Shown one piece after another: positions 12,378 through 24,500 of a stretch of DNA of 64,000 nt. The position numbers and the translations under genes were made by a program. The stretch lies in the NCBI GenBank assembly GCA_009859145.1, contig VRVR01000019.1:301757-365756 (forward strand). Reading direction: 5' to 3'. Origin of the DNA: Andalucia godoyi And28 (lineage: Eukaryota > Protista > Jakobida). The stretch's first letter is position 1; each line of letters starts with the position of its first letter. The notes beneath the pieces are model-generated. The model did no database searches and was not told the origin of the DNA. It saw only the letters and a list, made by a program, of their open reading frames with translations.

Positions 12378-15300
12378 ATCATCATCATCATCATCATTAT
12401 CTATAACACCTATGGAGTTAGCGCCAGCAGGACCATCCTCTTCATCGTCATCGTCATCGTCATCGTCGGAGGAGGTGCGTTGGTCCCGGAAGTCCGGATG
12501 CGTGACTCCGTCAGACGTATCCGTGTCGTCTGCATCATCCCAATCCAAAGACGAACGCACACGATGTCGAGATCTCGTCACACGCTTGCGTCTCTTTCCG
12601 GCTTGTCTGTGCGTGTGCTCGACGGTCAAGTCCGGGTCATTGAGTCCAACAACTGGAATGGAACAAATGGAATCCCACAGCTCATCATCCGATGCAGAGA
12701 CAGCCGACTTTGAATCCGACCCAAATTTCGAACGCAACGCTTCCAAGCACGCCGCATGCAATCTCTGTCCCCACAGCAGCGCATCGACCACATACCGAAC
12801 ACGCTTGCTCGCTGTCGCAATCGACCGCTTTCCAACACCTCCTTGCTGATGGAATCGGGCCATAACGCGCTTCCAACCATTTATCAGCAACCCAGGTTGC
12901 TGCAACAGCACAGCTTTGAATCGTTCAAGGCTGTAGCAACGGACTAGGAGCACGGTATCTGTCACAGAAAATCGCTGGCGATGGCGAAATTCGCGTCGCC
13001 TGGACAATGAATAGTCCACGGCATCACTGGAGCTTGCAGGTCCAGCAAGAAAAGGCCTTGGATTCTTAACAGTGACGCCACCTCGGTGCCGAAGATGGAC
13101 AGACATGTCAAACGAAGAAGGCGCGGTGGGATACGGAGTCCCGCAAACTTGCCGAACATGGCTGGACGCAAGAACCATGCGCGAGGGCGACAGGGGCTCC
13201 ATACCGCAGCGCGAGCGAACGAGATGCAAAAAATGCGAAGAAATTCGATGGCCACCAGGGCTATCACGAACAAATTGTCGCAGTGCAGTGGCTCCCGGAA
13301 ACGCGTCCGGGAATGCATGGCATAGTCGCGCAACGAGGATCGTCGGAACCCCCCACAAGTCATCCCAGGCAAAAAACGAATCCACTAGGGTCTCCAGCTG
13401 CGATTGTGGCTCGTGGAACGCTAGAACATCCTGTGTCCACACGTGATTCCACGTCGCATCCAGCTGATCAACATCCCGCTGCTTCATTAAGATGTACCAA
13501 TCCCGAACTTCAATGATCTCCATCTCAGCAAGCACACGACAAGGCTCGAGCAAGGACTTGACCGTGTACGAAGCGGACGACATCCCCTTGGGAAATCGGC
13601 AGTAGATAAGCGACAAATATTTGGCGTGCGGCAAGTCCTTCAACAACGTGTCACGGGTGACTCCCTCTGAAAATATATATTGGAGATCCGCCGTGGTACC
13701 CAGAATCCGCAGAAACACACGAAGGGGCATCATGGAAATAACATCACGCAAACGAACGAATCCATCCTGCAAGGACAGCGAAGTCGCGGAGTGCGCACAA
13801 ATTGCCTCCCACTCGGTGTCCAGAAACTGGCAAAGTACTAGAGCGCGCTGCATGGTCCCCGTCAGCAGCCCATGCTCGACCATGCAGACGTTGACTCTTC
13901 CTCTTGCATTACACGAGACCCACTTCTCTCTGTCTGTTGCAATTGGGTTGAAATGAAGCTCGATGCCGGATCTCGAGGCCTCCGGAAGCGGTTTCCTCTT
14001 TACCGGATTCTCCTTCTTAATCGCCGAAACGGCAGCATAGGTCCAGGTCAAGTCAGGCGGAGTAGACGATTGCGAACTGCGGAAACACCGAAGCGAAAGC
14101 CCCTTATACTCTACTGTATCCAAAACTACTTCGGCTGCGTCTATCAGACAGTGAATTAACGCAAGCATCAGTTTTCTGTCCATGCCGTGGAAATGGTCTG
14201 TATGAATCTTGTTGCACGTGGTGTAGATGTTGTCCACCTGGAACAAGTATCGCAGCCGACCCATCCGCTGAAGATTTCGGACTGAGGCAAGAATTCCATG
14301 ACTCTCCAACAGCTGCCCATCGCTTGGTTTGCAAAGGCGATTCTCGGTATCCGCTGCGGAAGTGACGGGCTGCTGCACTCTGTCCAGGAGCTGCGGAACA
14401 GTGCCAGATGACGATTCCTCTTCAACATGGTGCGTCTCCTCCTTGACAGGAATCGGAGGCTGGATAAACATTGATTGAATCGAAGCGCGGATCGAATCGA
14501 CCACGTGAAACAAGAAAAACCTTGACTTTTGTCGCTGGTCCACCGTCCTGTGCAGCAAGCCTAATCGAATCATTTTCTCGGTCATTCTAAGTACGGCCTT
14601 TCCAGAGAGATATAGACTCGAAGTGACGTCGCTTGTGCTGAAATCTCGGGACATTAAAAGCATTGGCAAGGGTACCGTATTGTGAAACGCACTCACGTAA
14701 GACCGGGGTCTTGGTCTATCATCGTCATCATCCTCAACAGCATAATCGCCGTCTCCACCGCCATCATCGTCATTGTCGTCGTGTGTATTCGTATTTCGTC
14801 TTCCGTCTGCATGCTGACTGGAACAGATTTCTACGGCACTCTCCTGATCATCATCTGCACCAGCAGTAGCACCAGCATCAACAACTCCAACGGCCGGCTC
14901 GTCGTCATCTACCTCGCTGCCACCATCATTGTGGACATCCAGGCTTGCTTCGCTGCCAACCTCCGTACCGTGATTGATCGTGCGGCCATTGAACTCAATA
15001 GCCACAGAGTCTGCCTCAGTCTGCCTGAAAAAGCAGCGGTGTACGAATAACCTGCTGGATCCGTCCGTACGCATTCGCACGCGCACAATCTTGTGTGAAA
15101 ACAACACCTCTGAAATGTACAACAAGGAAGAAAGAGTGTGTCCAGTCATTTGTGCACAAAGTTCAACAGAGGTGCATCCGCGGTCTCCAAATGAATAAAC
15201 AATATGGCATGCCTGAATCCTATTCGGCGAACGAAACTCTCGAGGCAGATGATTCAATCCAAGCAGGGAGACCAGCAAGGTGTCCGAAAGCGTGTAAGCC

Positions 15301-15473
15301 CTCGTCGTCTGGTCATAATGTACATGCGGGTGCTTTGAAAGCTTCGACCGAATCAAGCCGCCCGAGAGAGAAAGACCGGCATTCGAGGGCCCGATGCCAC
15401 GCAGCAGTGAGTCTTCCTGCAGGCCTGTTGGACCTGCAGCTAGAATCAACCGAATGCAAGATTCTAGAAGCAT
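10953..15473 (-). CDS. GTF3C1: RNA polymerase III transcription factor IIIC large (B-block-binding) subunit homolog
   Basis: Likely start MLLESCIRLILAAGPTG (Met93 of the listed ORF). B-block winged-helix-like YSFGDRGCTSVELC..LLYISEVLFSHKIV, MPLRVFLRILG, and C-terminal IVLAYPGVSL..LRFLESCQCV resemble GTF3C1/Tfc3. Acidic tracts. Confidence 0.68.
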
Positions 15474-15872
15474 TTTTAATATGTGGATTATGCGGATTGG
15501 GCGTCGAATATCAAAAAAAAAAAAAAAGCCGCAGGCCACGCTGGTGCCAATGCTGACTACGGGTGACGACGTCGATGCTAAATGGAAAAGGGAAGCGCAA
15601 GCACCCAAACAAGAACGACGAAGTATCGAAAGCCACAATGCAATACAATGCAATACAATGCAATACAATGCAATACAATACAGTGGAATAGAGAGCAATA
15701 TACAGTCGCAAACAAAGAAAACGGAGAAGAAGCAAAAGATCGGAATCATGATTCATAAACAGTAGGAGATTTCTTTTCGAGGTCGAAGTCCCTTGAGTCG
15801 CTCCCGGTCTGGCGGGAACGAAACTCGTGTCTCCGCTACCTGTCTCTAAGGACGCTGCAGTCTTTCGTCATG

Positions 15873-17030
15873 CTACCCATGGCTGCTAGACGGGTGGGAA
15901 AGAAAGGGAAATGCGCCATGCGGTACAGACCGTGCAAACGTCTTGACGTCCTTCGCAGAAATCAAGCGCCTCCACAGCGGCTGTACAACCAACGTTGGCA
16001 GCTTGCGCGGACCCCAGCGCCGTTCAGATGCGGCACCGTTTTCGACACGGTCAGTTCGTGATGCCGCTGTTTGCACGATTCGCAGCGCTTCTTCTTCGAG
16101 ATTCTCCGACGCGATGAACAGACACGAAGAGCGGATGACAAACTGCTTTTCAACATTAGACACTAAAACAAGGAAATTCATAATACGACGAACCTCAGCG
16201 TTCCACTCGGGCACCGGAAGCCTGATCACGCCGTCCAAGTGTCCATGAACCACAACATCTGCCCACTCATCCACCCCACCCCAGGCTCGAAACAGTCCGT
16301 CAATCTGGCTCGCGACAATGCTTGGAAACTGTGACCCGGGAGACGATCGCGTCTGAACCACCAGCAACGGAAACACGCTTTTCCATACGCCCACAAACTC
16401 TTCGACCATCTTCTCCTCCTGCTTCTGCTCTTCCTCCTCTTCATCCCTCCCATGTCCCCCGTCCTTGGGTGCGGCAGGGGGAGCTGCATGATACTTTCTT
16501 CTGGAATCTCCGTACAGAAATGTGAGAACAGCACTCCACAGTTCCTTCGCTCTTGTCTGCGCAAACCACTCGTCCAATGTCTCCGTTTCGCCATAAGATG
16601 TCTGATGTTCAAATCGAGGAAATCGGCGGCATTTCTGCGGGAAAATGAGTGTCGTATCTGCAAGTCGGAAACCCAAAATCAACAGCAAGGATTGCACATG
16701 CTCAGAGAGCGGTATCAGTAATTTCGACGATGTGCTGTGTGCTGGATTCGCCAGCTCCAGTGTCGTCTCCCAAACATTCCAGCACCAACAACTGGTGGTG
16801 TTTCGCAACCACCGCCGTTCTCGAAGCAATGCACTTTGCGAACCGAGAATGTCATCCAGTTGTAGAAAACACGAAACGCGAAGCCTCGTGTACGGATGAA
16901 GAGTCTCGCATGGATCCACAAGCTGACGCATACAACAACGTGCACTGCGCACTGTCCGTTCCCCGCAGTACACTCTGGTTCGTGCACTCGTTGGGCTGTG
17001 CTTTTTGCCGTTTGCCAATATTTTGGCCAT
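15873..17030 (-). CDS. Probable RNase P/MRP protein subunit p40 (Rpp40-like), divergent
   Basis: HPY..V, SC-x21-KLLIPL (same spacing as SC-x21-KLILSL recalled from RPP40), ETLDEWF, and WADVVVHGHLD resembling WVTLSVQGFAD. 385 aa. Confidence 0.5.
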   Translation of the reverse strand: MAKILANGKKHSPTSARTRVYCGERTVRSARCCMRQLVDPCETLHPYTRLRVSCFLQLDDILGSQSALLRERRWLRNTTSCWCWNVWETTLELANPAHSTSSKLLIPLSEHVQSLLLILGFRLADTTLIFPQKCRRFPRFEHQTSYGETETLDEWFAQTRAKELWSAVLTFLYGDSRRKYHAAPPAAPKDGGHGRDEEEEEQKQEEKMVEEFVGVWKSVFPLLVVQTRSSPGSQFPSIVASQIDGLFRAWGGVDEWADVVVHGHLDGVIRLPVPEWNAEVRRIMNFLVLVSNVEKQFVIRSSCLFIASENLEEEALRIVQTAASRTDRVENGAASERRWGPRKLPTLVVQPLWRRLISAKDVKTFARSVPHGAFPFLSHPSSSHG

Positions 17031-17303
17031 GCGGCATGCCGGGGGTTGCGCCGATCGTTTCGATGCTTGGGGGCATGCGTTGACAAGTGTCTACACCGGT
17101 GGAGCAGTCTTCTTCGTCCAAAAATAGCAATGACTCATGCGGTCTGCGGAGGGGAAAAGCCGGAGAAAAACCACGTAGTGCATTTGGGGGCGAGACGAAA
17201 TAAATCCAAAGGAAAGGAATGGAAGAAGAAGAAAAAAAAAAAAAAGGAAAGGTCAAAGGACGAAAGGGAAACCGTAGCCACACAAAAAAGAAGCAATCAC
17301 AAG

Positions 17304-18797
17304 ATGGGACTAAAGAATGCAGCGGATACATGGCGCATAGTGCAGCAACTTGGGTTTGAAAAGGCGCGGGTTGACTGGAGGCGAACACTGGTGCTTTCGA
17401 TGAGTGCTGGAATGTACGTAGCATTTGCGTGCCTTGCTGCCACATCTATATCCTATGCGCTCCCAGGAGTCAAGGCCACGGATCCTGGAATTCCGAAACT
17501 AGTTTTCAGTTTTATATTTCCTCTTGGGCTCAACATTATTGTGCAGACGCAGTCGATGCTGTTCACAGGACAATCAATGATGCTCGGTGCGGCGCTGCTG
17601 TATTACAAGAACCGCAAAACATTCAGGTTGCTGCTCAAGAACTGGTCTCTTGTGTACATTGGAAACCTTGTGGGATGTGTGCTGGTTTCGTATCTGTTCG
17701 GCTACTTGAGTGATTTGTACGCCGAGGACTACTACAAAGTGTCGCTCCGGGCCACAGCAGAGCGCAAGGTCAATGCTGGAGCAGCGGTGAACTTGCTCCG
17801 TGGAATTCCGGCAAACGTACTGGTCTGCATCTCTTTGTTCTGTGGATTTGCTGCAGAAGACGCGGCAGGTCGCATCCTTGCAATGTGGGGCCCGATCTTT
17901 ATGTTTGCTGCCTTTGGATTCGAACATTCAGTAGCCAACATGGTGTTTCTCACCCTTGGGCTTCTTTTTGGAGCAGACATCAGTATTTGGGACGCAGTCC
18001 TTCAAAATTTGCTGCCTTCCACGCTGGGGAATATCATCGGTGGCGTGTGTCTAGTCGCTGCTCCCATGTGGTTCTGTTTCACGGTGGCGCCGCCCCTCAA
18101 GAAGCACATTCCGGCGAACCCAATGCCTGGAAGCGTGGCGGTTGCCCTTTTGCATGCACCTCGACCGGAAATCATCAACTTGTCGCAGGAACCCGTAGTC
18201 CAGTTTGCAAAGCGGTACCTGTCGAAGGAGGGCGGAATCGTCGACGCATGGGTGCATGCGAATGTCATCCGCGACCCGGGTGGAAATCCGTGTCGTGTCG
18301 TCTCGCAAGTGTACAAGTATGATCCTGCTTTGAATGTTGTGGATGAATCCGTGGACCCTGGAATGATTATCGCCGGGCTGACTCCAACGGGCCAAATCAC
18401 TCGAATCGAATTTGTCGATGGGACATTCTGCAAGATGCTGGAGTACAAAGGCGACGAGCAGCACGATCTTATTGGGAAAACCGTGGATGAAATTACCCTC
18501 AAAGAAGATGCCCGCGTCGCAGAACATGCGTTCGGAAGACTGCTTCACATCCCGTCCCCGTTGCATGGACTTTCTCACTCTCTATCGCATGCTTCGGCGT
18601 CTGGCGGGTCCAATGCATTCCATGACGACGCAGTTCCGCATCAAGACATCCACGGCGCACAAGACTTTCATGATAGCTTGAGTCTTTTCCACGGCCACAC
18701 CAACTCGGACTGCCAGCATGACAGTGTTCTCGTCAGCATCCCGTCACCCCCGACCTCCCAAGCGTCGAATTCCTCAACTGCACCCACAAAAAAATAA
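17304..18797 (+). CDS. Formate/nitrite transporter (FNT family) with a C-terminal PAS-like domain and His-rich tail
   Basis: Likely start MGLKNAADTW; the upstream frame is poly-A/Lys. FNT motifs SAGMYVAF, FPLGL, LFTG, WSLVYIGNLVG, GIPANVLVC, GFEHSVANM, TLGNIIGG. Confidence 0.9.
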   Translation: MGLKNAADTWRIVQQLGFEKARVDWRRTLVLSMSAGMYVAFACLAATSISYALPGVKATDPGIPKLVFSFIFPLGLNIIVQTQSMLFTGQSMMLGAALLYYKNRKTFRLLLKNWSLVYIGNLVGCVLVSYLFGYLSDLYAEDYYKVSLRATAERKVNAGAAVNLLRGIPANVLVCISLFCGFAAEDAAGRILAMWGPIFMFAAFGFEHSVANMVFLTLGLLFGADISIWDAVLQNLLPSTLGNIIGGVCLVAAPMWFCFTVAPPLKKHIPANPMPGSVAVALLHAPRPEIINLSQEPVVQFAKRYLSKEGGIVDAWVHANVIRDPGGNPCRVVSQVYKYDPALNVVDESVDPGMIIAGLTPTGQITRIEFVDGTFCKMLEYKGDEQHDLIGKTVDEITLKEDARVAEHAFGRLLHIPSPLHGLSHSLSHASASGGSNAFHDDAVPHQDIHGAQDFHDSLSLFHGHTNSDCQHDSVLVSIPSPPTSQASNSSTAPTKK

Positions 18798-19581
18798 ACA
18801 CCCGTTGCCACTTATTGCGATATGATGAAGCAATCTAAGGCGCACGCAAACAAAAACACACTTCCACGCGCCATGCGCATGCGCATGCGTTTGTTATCTT
18901 AGCAGCTCCGTCACACAATGCCCGATTCGTTTCGTTCCCTTTTTAGATCATGAAATTCCTATAAGCACGCCACCGCGTTTGCATTATGCATGTTGTTCGG
19001 TTGCAACATTGATTACGGGTGATCAGCAATGATTATCCGTGGTTAGTGTACAGTGTAGGCGCCCCGTTCAGAATCCAGCAAAACCAAAATAAAACTATCA
19101 CCCGGAATCTGCCAGCCACTCAGCCAGCCACTCAGCCAGCCAACCATGCATGGATCCACTCTGAAAGCCTTGAATCGTGACGGAAACGGCCTATTATTTT
19201 AAAAATTACATAGGTATAATTAAAAATACCCTCAAAAACAAAAGGATGGATGGAACCGATAACTTTTTCTTTCACCCGTCGTATGTCTCTGCAAAAGCCC
19301 CCTTCTCTTTCTCCAAGTTGTCCTCAATTTCAATTGGTAATTCGTAAAGAAGACGCCTGAAAACCGAATCTCCGTGTTTTGCGCATTTCTGCTTTTATTT
19401 ATTTATTATTTATTAGTATTGAACTTAAAAGTCAGAAAATTCTTTTGCCTATATATTGTTTTCCGGGGGGGGGTGATACTTTTGGACATCATCCTCAATC
19501 ATACACGCAAGACTAGTGGTAGAAGAGGAAAGAGGGAGAATAGAAAGAATAGAAAGAAGAGGGGAAATTGCTGGATGAACC

Positions 19582-21183
19582 ATGGACCAACAACAAATGC
19601 TTCGGCTTGTGGCTGCGGACAATGAGCGTCGCGGCTTTACGTCTTCTCGCCCGATTGCGATCCACACCCCACCACCGCCACCACCGCCTCTTCCTCCCCC
19701 TCCTCCTTCTTGTCCACCAGGACTCTCAGGTCTTGGTTCGTGCTCGGCTACGACGACTGGATGTGCGCGGAATGCAAGTAACACCGGCAATGGAACTGCA
19801 CCGACTTGCCCTTCTTCTTCGGGATGGGCGAGCAGTGGTAGCTTTGGTGTCACTCCGCTGCTGCCTCTCTCTCCTGCGGTATCTCGGCCGTTTCCGTTTG
19901 CAGCTTCGTTTTCTCAGATTCTGGTTCCCGGTCTGAGCACGTCAGGATCGACGTCGTCGTCCTCGGATCTGTCTGTTGTTGGGCCGCTGTGTGCGTGGAA
20001 GATCCGAGGTAAGGTTCCCGCGACGTTTCGAACTGTCGAAGCGGCGTTTCGAAATGTGAAGTCGTCGCATGATCCGTATGAGCACGGACAAATCCACGAG
20101 CTTTACAAGACTTGGAAGTACAACATCCAGCTTTCAATGAAGATGGCGACTTCAGAAACTGCCAGCTTTCGAAGTTGGATATCACTGCATGAATGCCTTC
20201 CGGATGGGTCTCTTGGAATGCGAAAAGAAGGGGCATTCATATTGGAGCGAAATGCAGCGGATTCAAGCATAACGGAAGTGGAGTTTTCCGGAGCCCGAGT
20301 TGGTTCTCAAAGTCCCCCCGACGGGCTGAAGTCCGTCACCGCGACAGCCTGTGGCTTGTGCTTTTCATTCATCTCCGAGAGAACGGGGTCGAATGTTACG
20401 GATCGAAAGCGATACGCGTTTGTTATTCGCACCGCTCCTGATCCGGCGGGTCCATACGAGACGTTTGAACTGGTCTCTCCGTCATTTGTCATCTTTGGTC
20501 GAGCACGGCAGCATTGCTACAAGACGGAGCGTGCGCAAAAGGAAGGCAAGATCATTCAGTCCCGAAGACCGCTCCTGAATGGTTTTTCCAATCCCAACTC
20601 CGTCGGAAGCGATAGCGGAGATGGGGAAGAAGAAGATGGGGCGTCTGCGAACTTGCCGGCAGATTTGAGTCAGCCGTTGGACGGGGAAGAAGAGTCGGTG
20701 CTGCGGTTGCTGCAAGAGGCTTGTGCCGCTGAAATTCGATCCAGAATCCGAGACCCCGCCCGCCGGCGCCTTCTGACATTGAAGTTAGCGTCGTCGCTGA
20801 AACGTCAGTCTGTTCAAGACACTTCATCACTAGCCACTCCAACCTCGAGCGCATTTGTCGCGCATACTCACCCGCTGGATGTAGCATCCACGGCCAGCTC
20901 GCTGTGTGCGAACGGGGGTCGTCCCGTTACTCCCTCGAGTACCGGTAACGCGGGCTTTGGAATTGCAGACTACGTCCTCGGACATCGGCAATCCGACACA
21001 GCCAATGGATTGATTCCAGGCTTCTCGAATTTCACATCCACGACATCGTTGCTGTCCCGTTCCTTTTCGTCGTTCGATCCCGCATTCACGTTTGTACGCA
21101 GCATGAGCGACGTCTCCTCCGGCAGACTGATCCACGAGATTGCGGCAGACGAACCGCCAGCAAAGTCAAGCCGGCATTGCTGA
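19582..21183 (+). CDS. Hypothetical protein: Pro/Ser-rich ends, central beta-rich globular domain
   Basis: 533-aa ORF with coding-like composition and a central W/F/Y-rich segment (WKIRGK...ELVSPSFVIFGRARQ). Confidence 0.7.
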   Translation: MDQQQMLRLVAADNERRGFTSSRPIAIHTPPPPPPPLPPPPPSCPPGLSGLGSCSATTTGCARNASNTGNGTAPTCPSSSGWASSGSFGVTPLLPLSPAVSRPFPFAASFSQILVPGLSTSGSTSSSSDLSVVGPLCAWKIRGKVPATFRTVEAAFRNVKSSHDPYEHGQIHELYKTWKYNIQLSMKMATSETASFRSWISLHECLPDGSLGMRKEGAFILERNAADSSITEVEFSGARVGSQSPPDGLKSVTATACGLCFSFISERTGSNVTDRKRYAFVIRTAPDPAGPYETFELVSPSFVIFGRARQHCYKTERAQKEGKIIQSRRPLLNGFSNPNSVGSDSGDGEEEDGASANLPADLSQPLDGEEESVLRLLQEACAAEIRSRIRDPARRRLLTLKLASSLKRQSVQDTSSLATPTSSAFVAHTHPLDVASTASSLCANGGRPVTPSSTGNAGFGIADYVLGHRQSDTANGLIPGFSNFTSTTSLLSRSFSSFDPAFTFVRSMSDVSSGRLIHEIAADEPPAKSSRHC

Positions 21184-21508
21184 TCGACCCCCCCCCCCCC
21201 CCCCCCCAACCTCTGGAGCTTTGTTCGGCATGTCGCGACACGAATGGTTGTTGTGACTGCATGTTGCGGATTATCGTGATGACGACTACGACGATCGTTT
21301 TTATCATTATCATTTGTCTGTGATGAGCATCAATTTTATTTTTTTGGCGGAAATCAGAATAAAATTTGAATTTATGTTATGTGTGCATCTATAGATTTGT
21401 AATTTCTGACACCAAAGCCACCTTTCCAAAAAATAAAAAACAAATAGGGGGAAAAGAAAAAAGAAGAAATAGAAATAGAAAGGAGAATGGTATTTTTCCG
21501 TGAGCAAG

Positions 21509-24500
21509 TCAGACACCTTCGGAAAATCGTAACAGCACCGTTGCAGCATCGAGAACATCGGACAACTTCTGTTGATTGATTCGACGAAAGACATTGACAT
21601 CGTTCATCAGATGCAACGCTTCCGTCAAGAAATTTTCCAGGAGGTCAGATATGAACGCGCTCTTCCCCGGCTGGATAAAGGTCTGCAAAAGGGACTCCTG
21701 GAGAGAAAGAGCATCCGGAACGGATCGATGAGTTGCGCAGTCAATCTCGGCAATCCTTGCCAGTTCTGGAGGCAGCAGAACACGTTTTGCTGCGACAGCT
21801 TTGCGAAGGTGCAGCATCAGGAATGACCGCACACGACGTGCGCCCTCTTCAAGCTCGGACATCCGTCCACCTGCAGCATCTGTGGACTGGTCAGAGGACG
21901 AAGCGGTCTGGGAACCTCGAAAGACATCCAGATCTGGATGCAGACCCCAATATTGCTCTGCAAAGCGTTCTGCAGGCCGGGCAAAGAGTGCTGGCACCTG
22001 CTGCGGCAGAAATGCAGTGCGAGCAGCGGGAGACAGGAGTGACTCTTCATCGGAATCACAATCAAGGGTATTGTGAATGCCGATGACACCGGCTTCATTC
22101 ATTTGACGCAGCCTTTCGATGCGCTGCTGGATGAAGCAATACAGGTCCTGGAAAAGAGCAATCAGCTCATTCCGAACCATCAACTCTCTTCCGGAGTTTC
22201 GAGATTCGATGGCAGCGGTCAGCGACCGATGGAGCAATTCAATGTGCACAGATGAGAAAGGACCATTTCGACTCTTTGCAATGTACGCAGCTCTTTCAAG
22301 ACACCAGAGAGAATCCAAAGGCTTGGATATTGCAGAAAAGAAGAAAGCCATGATCTGCAAGTCCTCGACCCAATGTTCGTCCAGAAACGCCCCTCGCATC
22401 ACATAATCCGCGTGATGCTCTCTGAGGACGGACATCCGAGAGTAAAGATAGCGCACAATGGCGGTTCCATATTGACGGCGCTTGCATGAAGTCAAAAACG
22501 TCCTTTTCAAAAATGCTACACACAACCGGTCCGTGATGGACGCTGCAATTGCGTAGTGCTCCGTAACAATTTCCAATGCCCGTCGAAACAGAAATGATGC
22601 GTCAAATTTGTCGGCAACTTCCAGAGCGGAAATTGCGTATGTCACAATGGAGGGATGCGAGGCACGACCGAGCCAGAGGTTCGAATCAGAGATTTTGCGA
22701 AACCAAGGAACCACGGCAGAACGGCCAGAACCAACATTCAATCGCACCAAAATCCCAAGGCAATGGACGAACATTGGTGATCCCGACTCCTTCATCATTG
22801 TCAGGATGCCAAGCGCACACCGCATGCTTTGAAGTTCCAAGCCTTGGGTCTGCGCCGAAGTCTCTTGCAGCGCGTGCAAGTGTAAAGCGCTTTCGATGAG
22901 CACTTTCACCATCTCTATTGAGTAGTATCCGTTGACAGATCGAGCAAAGTATATCCTGGAGGCCACAAGAGGAATCAGATCGTTCTCGTTGTACGTTGAA
23001 GCAAACGACGAAAGAGCTGGAAGGTCTGCACTGAGGTCCAGCATTTTCGAGGTGCTCACGAACTGCACAGCGGAGCAGAGAGAGGCGTGGAACGGAAGAA
23101 TGGAACCGAATTCGATGGCGCTGTCGTCTGCCAACTGAACACCGATGTGCAGATTGATTGCATGAAGCAGTGGCATTCTGGCATAATAATCACGTCGAAT
23201 TGCAGTAGTGGGATAGTAAAACTTTCGTTCTACCGCAGGAAGCAGAGTGTTGAGCCAGAACTGCCGAGAATCTGCAGAACCGCCAAACACCAAATTCAAA
23301 AGGCGAAGCACTTCTGCAGAGGGAGGCACGCCCGGCAACAAAGACCGGATCATGGAGGACCATATGATTTTCACAGTTCGTGCGATCATCTCCACATGAC
23401 AGAGTTCTCGAAGGTATCGACACGTACACACTTGCGCCACTTTGCCGAGGTGCCGGACATTGATGCCAGCAGCGTGCATTCTTCTCACAAGCTCCGTTCC
23501 GTCAATTAAGTCTAGCAAGGACCCGTGCGCAAATCGAGAATCATGGCAAAATCGATACCCTGAAAAACCGAAACGCAAAAGAGACGAGGACTCCTCGATG
23601 GATCTCACAAATGTTGGAATGACGACATCCATCAAATGAGAAGCAGCTCGACGGCACTCTTCGACATGCATGGAACGGTCAGCCGTGTCTCCAACGTCTT
23701 CAAAGGCATCTGGTGACAAAGAAATCCCACAGTTCTGCAGGAACTCGAATCGCAAAACACGGGTCCTTGTGACAGAGGCCTTGTTCTGCACTGCAGGGTC
23801 CCCGTAATCAACAAGATTAGAAGCGGATGCGTCAACTGGCCGGCAAACACCCAGGTGAACTACATACGCGTGGGAATCATTTCCAGCATACACAAGAGTG
23901 TGACGAGACGACCGCAACGTGACATGCCGGCCAGTACCAACGCTCACTTGATGCCTTGCTAATCTCAGTTTCTTGCACGTGTCTCGCAGGAGACGTCGGG
24001 GCTCGGCCTGGGATACGAACGCACCTGAAGAAAGGCATCCAAACTTCAACAAACTTCCAGAGTCGAAGGGTGGAACGGCAGTGCACATAAACCGATGGGA
24101 AATGTAGTCCACGCAGCACACGACTGGCGTCCGCAACTGAGATCCTGGTTGTAGCTGCGCAACAAAATTCGAATGCGCATTCATTTCAATGCCGAGCATT
24201 TTGTGCATAATGTGGTCGCGATACTGCAGCAGAAACGGTTCGTCAACCTCTCCCGCATAGCCAAAGTAGTGTCGAAGCACAATGTGGCCAATGGAATCAA
24301 AAACGTCCACAAAATCTGGAGACGCTATGATAGCCAGCGAAGGGGGCACGGCGGATGCAAGACGGTCCTTCACAGCTTCGTACGTCACGGGCCCAGTGCC
24401 TCGGATCTTCAACAGCGCAGAGACGATCATTTCTGCTGTCTGGCGACAACGCGACACGAAGTCGCAGTACACTCCAGCCAATTCAAGGATTCTCGACGGG

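Noticed and set aside
11560-12849. 429-aa Ser-rich ORF and similar long antisense ORFs (7009-8208, 9635-10537, 51402-52418)
   Set aside because: Shadows of the real opposite-strand genes, caused by acidic-repeat codons.
18872-18887. Palindrome CATGCGCATGCGCATG (NRF1-like)
   Set aside because: Explained as a short hexamer repeat; single occurrence, and NRF1 is not expected here.
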